From: Saccostrea echinata
Taxonomy: Eukaryota
DNA: 64,000 nt
Direction of reading: 5' to 3'
NCBI RefSeq assembly: GCF_033153115.1
Contig: NW_026889761.1
Coordinates: forward strand, 23,250,001 to 23,314,000
Shown in pieces: positions 55,461-64,000 of the stretch. Both the position numbers and the translations under genes were made by a program. The notes beneath the pieces were generated by a model. It had not been told where the DNA came from. It did not search any database and was given only the letters and a program-made list of their open reading frames with translations. Position 1 is the first letter of the stretch, and the number at the start of each line of letters is the position of its first letter.

Positions 55461-56334
55461 CTTCACAACCCATCAAAATATCATAATTTTATTTAGGGGC
55501 AGGTCTGCCCTAAAGGACGCCAAGACCAAAGTTCACGCAAAAATCGGTGCTTTCAAGGACAAAATGCTCTTTTGGTCAATTTGGTTAATATTTCAAAGTT
55601 GCAAATAATAAATTTTAGGTTCAAAATGCAAATTTGAAAAATTTAGACAAATAGAAAACATCTAAAGAACATTGATTTTTAAATGTTACATGTACATTTT
55701 CCGGAAATATTTTCTCGCCTATAGGTCAAATCTTTTGAAATTCCGAATACATCCTTTATAAAATTCCCAGCACGTTCATAAAGTACTAGTAACTTGGGCT
55801 TCAATCCTATTAAACAGAGGAAGCTAGAATACGTTAGGTTATTGATTTGGAGTTACGCTTGTTATATTTCAATGATTTAATTTTGTTTGTATTCTAGCCT
55901 CTGATTGGTTAATATCCAAAAATGAACACAAATTATTTCTGTATAACCTGGTTTGGTATTGGGACACACCCCCCTGACAACCAGCTGAATCATCTGTATC
56001 CGTACAATCCTCTCATTTCCAGTCCTCATCATTCATGGAAAATTCCAGATTTAATAAATGTACCTTAACTTCAAACAATAATTCGATCTTACCACATGTA
56101 AACAAACAACATGGCTGATAGGCCTATGTATCAGTTTTTATCTCCCCTCGCTTCCCATCACTTCCGTTACTACGGTTGTAATACTGAGCGGCAAATTTGA
56201 ACTAATAAAAAGCAACGAAATTTTAAACCCATAGTTATTTAATGATTTTAAAATTAAATTATAAGGAATGACTCTAATTCTTGGCCAAATTATTCGAGTA
56301 TAACCTGGTTTGGGTCAGTTTACGCTGTTTTATA

Positions 56335-56977
56335 ATCCGCATTCATACATGTCGACTCGATATGAAATAAAAGATACCACAGAGTCTGACACATCTGTTT
56401 CATATTAGGATATTTTACTAGAAAAGACTTTAATGGTAACCCAACAACAAAGCTTTATGATACACGTGATGACTTCAATTTTCAACTTTCCTTTCTTATG
56501 TATCAATATACACTTAACACCTGCATATGGGATTTTAGTCTCCCAATTGATTCGATACGCAAGAGCATGCTTTAAGTATGAACAATTTCTAAAAAGAGAC
56601 AAGCTATAATTGACAAACAAGTTGATGAAACTAGGATAGCAATAGTCTCGTTTGAAGTCATCATTTAGCAAATTTTATGGTCAATACAATGGCCTTGTCA
56701 GCAAATTCAACCTATTAATTATGTCAAGTGCTGACTGACGTTTTTCATACTAATTGTTCGACAAATCTACACACTGAATTGCCTAAGGATTTCTCCGTTA
56801 TCCCGATCATGACAAGGAGCACACGGCGGGTGTGACCGGTCGGCAAGGGATGCTCTCTCCTCCAGGGCACCTGATCCCAACTCTGATGTTTTTGGAGGTC
56901 CGTGGTTGCTCTGCTCCCGATTTGTATTGTCTAAATGGACTTTGAGCTTGAATACTGTCCGTTTTCTCCATATTTCT
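56335..56977 (+). mobile_element. Penelope-like retroelement 3' fragment
   Basis: IKDTTES..SY*DILLEKD..PAYGILVSQLIRYARAC..DVFHTNC, then the family 3' UTR. Confidence 0.8.
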
Positions 56978-57149
56978 TTATTAAAGAAATATGGAGATGG
57001 TGAAAATGTTTATAGTTCCAGAATTTGACGATCGCCATGTTAATTTAAAATGGTCGCCAATTTGGCGACTTATAAAGAAATTTTAGGCGCCAATCAAAAA
57101 TTTTAGGTGCCATGGCGACTAAATTTGTCGCCAATAAGAACCCTGTTTA

Positions 57150-57804
57150 ATACAACTCTACTATGATAGAGGCTTCTACACAGTCATATAAATGGAAAAA
57201 TGCTTAATGTGTTTCAGAACCGGTATAAAATGCCAAATATTGTGTGAGAAGTGGTACGAAATGTTTAAATTTTGTTTATTTCCCTTCAGGTTTATTCGAC
57301 TGGAAGCATTTGTGCGCTTTTAACTATAATGGTTACAGTTTATTTTATGTGTAATATTTATGTGAGACAAGAAGAAAACCTTCCCTTTTATTGTTTTCAT
57401 TGTTTCTTAATGATTTGACTGATTTCGTGTCCCTTGCATATAATGGACTCACTGATTTTTGTAAAATATCTCATTCACTACTTGATGATGAAGACATTGA
57501 ATTGTTTTTAATGTTATCTTTGTTGTTAAATGCTGACGATACAGAAACTATATTTGCTGAAACTGCACATGCGCAAAAAGCTATGTAATTAGTTATTGCT
57601 TCAAAAACCAATGTTGTCATATTCTCAAAAATTGACAGTGTGAAAATCCTCATTTCATGCACAATGATGAGAAATTCTCAACTGTATAAGAGTTTCTTTA
57701 CCTTGGCATTGTGTTTTCAAGGAAGAGTGGTTTCAAAAGAATAAAGTAAGGCTTGTACAACAAGCAAGGAAAATTATGTTTAGTTTATTAAGTAAAGCTA
57801 GAAA
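57150..57804 (+). mobile_element. Degenerate non-LTR LINE reverse transcriptase fragment
   Basis: VRQEENL.PLLFSLFLNDL, LLLNADDT (YADD motif), SKTNVVIFSK, EFLYLG. Confidence 0.7.
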
Positions 57805-58197
57805 NNNNNNNNNNNNNNNNNNNNNNNNNNNNNNNNNNNNNNNNNNNNNNNNNNNNNNNNNNNNNNNNNNNNNNNNNNNNNNNNNNNNNNNNNNNNNNNN
57901 NNNNNNNNNNNNNNNNNNNNNNNNNNNNNNNNNNNNNNNGAATCATAAATTTTGGGATATGAAAATGAGGGTCGTTGGAATTTTGTAAATACATAATGAA
58001 TAAATATAAATAATAATGAAAAAATCTACTCATAATTGTATATGGTAACTAGACGTAGTACCTTTATTGGTATATATAAATGCTTGGATGCTTTTGGCAA
58101 AAATTGCTTCTTGAAAACAAATGTTAAGATATCTCGAATGTTATAAGAAATTATAATTTTAATCTTACTAAAGATGTTTCTCACTCGAACAGATTGT

Positions 58198-58798
58198 CTA
58201 TGACATGTAAAACGTTGCATTATTATACTTGTGTGTTATTCGTAAGTTCTATGGTCGATACAATGACCTTGTCAGCAAATACAATCTAATAGTATCATTG
58301 AGTCAAATGCTGACTGACGTTTTTCATACTAATTGTTAGGCCATTATTTACACACTGAATTGTAGACGGATTTTTCCGTTATTTCCCGATCATGACAAGG
58401 AACACACGGCGGGTGTGACCGGTCGGCAGGGGATGCTCACTCCTCCATGGCACCTGATCCCACTTCTGATGTTTTGGAGGTCCGTGTTTGCTCTGCTCCT
58501 ATTTCGTATTGTTTAATGGACTTTTGAGCTTGATATTCGATATTCAATATTCGATAATTTTCATTTCTATTCGATAAATTGGAAGAAATATAATTCCTAT
58601 TTCAAAATATAACAACTTATCGAATAGGAATGATAAATCATCGAATAGAAATCACATTTTTTCACATAAGAATAACAAGTTATTGAATAGGAAACACATT
58701 TTATCGAATAGGAATGATATGTTTTAGAATAAGAAAAACAACATTTTTGAATAAGAATAACAAAAAAGTATAATAATGCAACGTTTTACACGCCATAG
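58198..58798. mobile_element. MITE (32-bp TIR) containing a nested PLE 3' fragment (about 58239-58532)
   Basis: tatgacatgtaaaacgttgcattattatactt / aagtataataatgcaacgttttacacgccata; internal tattcgataa repeats; PLE segment FYGRYNDLV..FHTNC* plus 3' UTR. Confidence 0.75.
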
Positions 58799-59571
58799 TT
58801 TTCACAGAAATATACTTATCAAACATGACTTTGAAAATGGAATGACCAATTTGTCCCTAGAAATGTTTGTCTACCTAAAAAGCCGAAAGACCACAATGAG
58901 TGTAAAGAAAGTTTAATTGAATATTTTTAACTCTCCAAAATTTGTTAATTATAGAACAAAACGGGTTGGCCTAGAAAAAAAATATTTTTCTTTGTTACCA
59001 TGTGATCTTGTTTACAGTTTAAGGAAGTTTAGACGTATCAGTCACAAGTTATATATTGAATGTATAAGAAGGTTTTTTAAATATACAAGTAGATAGATAA
59101 GGTACATAATGTGACCTCTGTATAGATATAATGAGAGAAACAGGTGAATTTCACTGTATTTAACTGTAATTTTGGTCAAAGATGAAAGAAAAATTTACAT
59201 ACCTGAAAATGTTTACGAAGTGAAAAATATTGCTAGCTTTGCTAACTTATTTAACATGATGATGATAAATTTACTGTTATTGGTTTGGGTAAATTCAGTA
59301 GAATTGTGATGTCTATATTTCACTCAAAAAATTCTTTAGAAATACTCTGTTATTATCTTTTTAGTAACAATATATAATCCCAACACGACCACATTGGTTT
59401 GTTGAATGCCAGAAAAAGAAGATATTTGGTTACCCTGATGGTTTAGCAAATTCGAGTGTCGACTTGATAAAGTACCTCAAACCTTTGGAGTTTTCGAAGA
59501 TATCAAGTTGACTGAAAATTCCAAACATAAATCATAAATTGATACTGAAAGAATGATCATTCATGAAGTTA

Positions 59572-60078
59572 CAGTGCAGGAAACTAATTTTGTTACAGCA
59601 TCGATGCTGATTTGAATGCTTCCTTTGCTTGCTGATTTGAATGCTTCCTTTGCTTGCTGATTTAATGCTAGTAATCCTTATCCTGATGCTGTTTTATAAT
59701 TAGGTCAATGCTACCGGAAGTAGCATCATGCTACAGGAAGTAGATAATGAATTTCAGCATTGCCGTTTAAAGCAATAAAAGTGCCTTTTACAATTATTTG
59801 ATCATAATATCTCACTATGTATCAATAATGTGAATATTTTAACCAACATTCTTTCTTTCTTTTTTGATTTTTTTACTGAATTAAAACTCATTGATTTTCT
59901 GATGCTAGTAGGATAATGCTGATTTTATGTAGGTCAATGCTGGTTTTATCCTTTGCTTGCTGATGCTGATCCTGGTAATGCTGTTTTTTAAATGCTGATG
60001 CTGATGCTATCTCGATCCTGATGCTACTAATGCTTATGCTGATGCTGGTTTATGTAACAAAATTAGTTCCCTGCACTG
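59572..60078. mobile_element. TA-flanked MITE with internal tgctga repeats
   Basis: TIR cagtgcaggaaactaattttgttac / gtaacaaaattagttccctgcactg. Confidence 0.8.
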
Positions 60079-61419
60079 TATGCGAGCTTACATCGAAATC
60101 CAATTCTACACTAAATAGACATATTGTTGGGAAAAAAGATAAGAGCCTTATTTTATTTTTATCTAAATCAAAGTGATGTAAAAGTNNNNNNNNNNNNNNN
60201 NNNNNNNNNNNNNNNNNNNNNNNNNNNNNNNNNNNNNNNNNNNNNNNNNNNNNNNNNNNNNNNNNNNNNNNNNNNNNNNNNNNNNNNNNNNNNNNNNNNN
60301 NNNNNNNNNNNNNNNNNNNNNNNNNNNNNNNNNNNNNNNNNGACTGTCAGACGAATGGACCGACGATCGAATGATGAAACGACATTCGAATATTATAATT
60401 TTAAAAATGCAATTAAAGAGTGATAACGATATGGAATTCTCATTACAAAATTGAGAAACCGTCTTTCCTCGGAGACAGTTGATAAGATAAATTTCCTCTA
60501 CAAAAAACTTGATTTTCCGTGTGTGTATAGAAAGTACAGTAATTATAAATGCTTCACTACCGCGAGAATTATCTATCAGTTACTGTTTGTGTTGTTTTTG
60601 TAATAAATCAACCATCAATATATTTACTGGGCTTTGTTTATAAAATAATTAATTGGACTTGATTTTATACGATGTTCCAATTATCTTTTATTTCAAGATT
60701 GCTCGAATGCAAGGAACAAACAATAGCTGTGACATGTTTTGACGCTAATTATTAAAACAGTTCGCTTGCATTTTTAAAAAATTAAGGACATTCTGAGAGC
60801 CAGAGCAATCAATTAATGAATAAGCAGTTAGTAACTGTTTAATAATTTAACAACCACTGGCGTTTGGATAGTGTGAAATTACCTTCCCCTCCAATTTATT
60901 TCATAATAAAGCTTTTAAAAATATCCGCTAGCAATTTTTGAATGCTCACTCTGCATGTACAGACCAATTTATGAATTCGATTGATGGGGAGATCATAAAT
61001 TTTGGAGAATTAGATTTCTAAATTTATTTCATATAATCATGCTATCAAACGTTACTTTGCATTAATTCTTATGTTACTTTTTAAACATATTTAAGTATAT
61101 TTAAACATATTTAAAAGGGTTTTTGAGTTATAAATACGTCATGTACCAGTGAAGTTTGAAATAAAATTTTATTTTCAGAAAGTGTTCCGAATAATCGACT
61201 ATCGTTCGAATAATGGAATCGAATAATCGACTAAGGAAAANNNNNNNNNNNNNNNNNNNNNNNNNNNNNNNNNNNNNNNNNNNNNNNNNNNNNNNNNNNN
61301 NNNNNNNNNNNNNNNNNNNNNNNNNNNNNNNNNNNNNNNNNNNNNNNNNNNNNNNNNNNNNNNNNNNNNNNNNNNNNNNNNNNNNNNNNNNNNNNNNNNN
61401 NNNNNNNAATGCAGAATTG

Positions 61420-62175
61420 CCAATCGGTTAACCGCAAGACGTTCCGACCGATTAATCGGTTAATCGTATCAAAAATTCTCGACGTATTTCATTATTGTAA
61501 GTTCTACTTAAATAGACAGACTATAAAGATGTTACATGTAGTAATATTATGTTTATCCGAACAATATATACGAGTATATTTTTCATTTCAATTTTAAAGC
61601 AAAAGAAAAGAAAAAAGAAAAAATTAAGAAACCCATGAAACATGCCTGAAGAATCAGGTATACATGTATTTAAAAAAATTCAGAAGAGATGTCTCACAAT
61701 TTCAACCTGCATTTTCACATAATCAAAATTAAGTCTGAATTATCGCTTAATTTACAGTGTTTGTTTAATAACATGATTTGTTTTGTAACTGCAAAAGATA
61801 AAAGGGGTAGGGTACACATTATAATCTGTTCGTGGTACTCAACGATCATTCAATTGAAATTAATCATTAAAGAAACACAGGACCGGCTGGGTAGCGACAT
61901 AGTGTTTAAACTGCAATTAACATCTCGAAGTCTGACTAATTACCCCCACGATGCTAATTAGGAGAGTCTTAATTATCTCCAGACCAGCCTAAGAAATAGA
62001 TGGGTGAAAATGCTAACATTTCATATATTTTTATTTTGTGATTAAATTTTCAGGATATTGTGTTCAAATTTACACATATATAATTTTTTTCCGACTAACC
62101 GATTACTGATTTTCTAACCGATTACCAACGTTCCGACCGAGTAACCGGTTAACCGATTACAAACTGACATCCCTA
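61420..62175. mobile_element. hAT-like non-autonomous element remnant
   Basis: Right end gacatcccta with subterminal taaccgatt/aatcggtta repeats at both ends; the left end is lost in a gap. Confidence 0.5.
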
Positions 62176-64000
62176 ATATATATATATATATATACAATCT
62201 TTGCATGAAACATAAGAGCGATTATTAATAGTTACTGCAAACATAAATCAATGATTGATTTGAGAAAGAACTCTTTACAAATTCTGGTGATGTACTTCAA
62301 ATTCTTGATGTAAATCTCGGGGGGAAAAAATTAGGTATTTTTCAACACTACTCGACCCATTCTCTAACATTTTATTACGAGTTTCATGCTGCCCGTGTCC
62401 AAGTGGAGCAGGGATCTTACAGAAAATATCTGTTTAATCCTTTTCATCTGATGCAGTAATCATAAGTCAATACATTAAAGACCAAGGTTAATACATTAGC
62501 AGCTCATGGAGTCCTTACATCCGCCCAGAAGCGAGTCTTTCTCCATAGAAACATTTCATAGCACCTGCAATCTCGTGACAGTATCACCTCGGCCGCTATC
62601 TTTACATGGCGAATAAAGAGCAAACACTAGGATCTTTCTGATTTGTCAAAGAACCATAAAGGATGATAACCATCACCACAATAGTTCGGCTCCTCTCCAG
62701 ATGTTGACACACACGTCACTAGGGCGAACTGAATCCAGTGACAAATGTAGGAAATCACTTTATACAAGATAGCTCTGGACAGCAAATTAAGAGAGGATTA
62801 GAAATTAATGAAGGACCCCATGTTTTGTCTTCTTAGAGTCGCAGTTATTACCTATTAGTGCGAATTATAATCATTTCAGTGTTGAAAGATTCTTTCCAAG
62901 TCCTTCAGTCTATGACCCCTCTTTGTCATCAAAATACCTTGGGATATAACTAGAAAATTATGCGGGTTACACCTGTTTAAACTAATTATTCTAATCGTAG
63001 AATTAAATTGCAATATTTCAAAAGATTAAAATTGGGTAAGAATTTGTAAATTCTTACAAAATGTAAAGCATCGTTGAAATATAAACACGCACACATCAGC
63101 TGATACAATTATAATTATTTAACAAAATTGTTTTCCTTTTGTATCAATTTTAGAATTTTAGTTATTGGCCAACTTACTAGCACAGCGAAGGAGTCGAGAA
63201 CAGAACTAAATAAAAGAGACCAAATATTTTTACAAATTGTGAAGAAGGTAAACATTTTTACTACTTCATGCGGCAGAACTGCCCATACCAAACCCAGGAA
63301 TTAGGAATTTTAATGTTTATATATCACAGTAGATGATATGCTTTTTTACATTCTCGTCAATGCTTTAAACAAAAACTTTTAATAAATGCACATATTCAAG
63401 AATGCTCATTTATTTAAGGAATGTCTAAACATATGTAATAGGTGAGAAGAGACATTTGGAGACTGGAAGTCACATATTGGGGAAACAGGGAGGGGCATTT
63501 TTGAGCACCAGACTGGACTGTTGGCCGGACGCTGTGCCGAATGTCGTTCTATACAAGCGGACACTTGTGCAGGCTGTGCTTGGTTCGGAAAACCCTCAAC
63601 AGCAGTTACAGATTCAAAGTTTATACAAGGCGTCTGAACCTCTAGCTGTAATGGTGGCTGCTGGACGTGAAGAAGGTATGGATATTTTGGGACTTTCTCT
63701 GAAGTTACACTGTTACACGAAGAATTGTTCCATACATTCGTAAATAGTTTCATCTCTTTACCAGAGAGAAACAAAGCCAGACTGTTATCTGTCTCATCTC
63801 TTGGTCCTATAAGTACACATGTATGATTTTGACAGAGGATAAGCTTACAACAGTGACATCTAATGAACGAATCATTTTAAAAATGGCACAGTTTATACCA
63901 CTCTATGTGATTTTTTACCCATATGCCTGAATTTAGATTGAACGCAATTTTAAAATAAAGATTTTTATAACCTGCTAATATATGCTAGGACTTGGACCAG

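Noticed and set aside
58385-58500. Hammerhead or HDV ribozyme, or SECIS, in the PLE 3' UTR
   Set aside because: The required core nucleotides and pairings are not consistently present across copies.

Overview
AT-rich, intron-containing eukaryotic DNA with four N-gaps. The repeats (166-bp oyster-type satellite inside a Helentron-derived element, Deu/Nin-like tRNA SINEs, Penelope-like RT fragments, many MITEs) point to a bivalve, most likely an oyster. By manual splicing I find: (1) two head-to-head, highly diverged HSPA12-like (Hsp70/actin-fold) genes plus a third, TE-shattered pseudogene. Both intact paralogs have lost the canonical ATP-binding motifs, and the complete one lacks the C-terminal HSPA12 domain and ends in a polybasic CaaX tail (KRNRSRL-CVIQ*). 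(2) A complete 5-exon gene for a 205-aa secreted protein with a Cys-rich CCPGF C-terminus. (3) A complete minus-strand SMARCE1/BAF57 gene (16 coding exons, about 590 aa) whose 3' part contains an in-frame, phase-1/phase-1 exon encoding two ZEB/Zfh1-type C2H2 zinc fingers. This predicts a SWI/SNF subunit with an optional E-box-binding module and is the most striking observation. A diverged duplicate of the SMARCE1 last exon lies about 14.6 kb downstream. All gene models are inferred from GT-AG signals and reading-frame continuity only; no transcript or database evidence was available.
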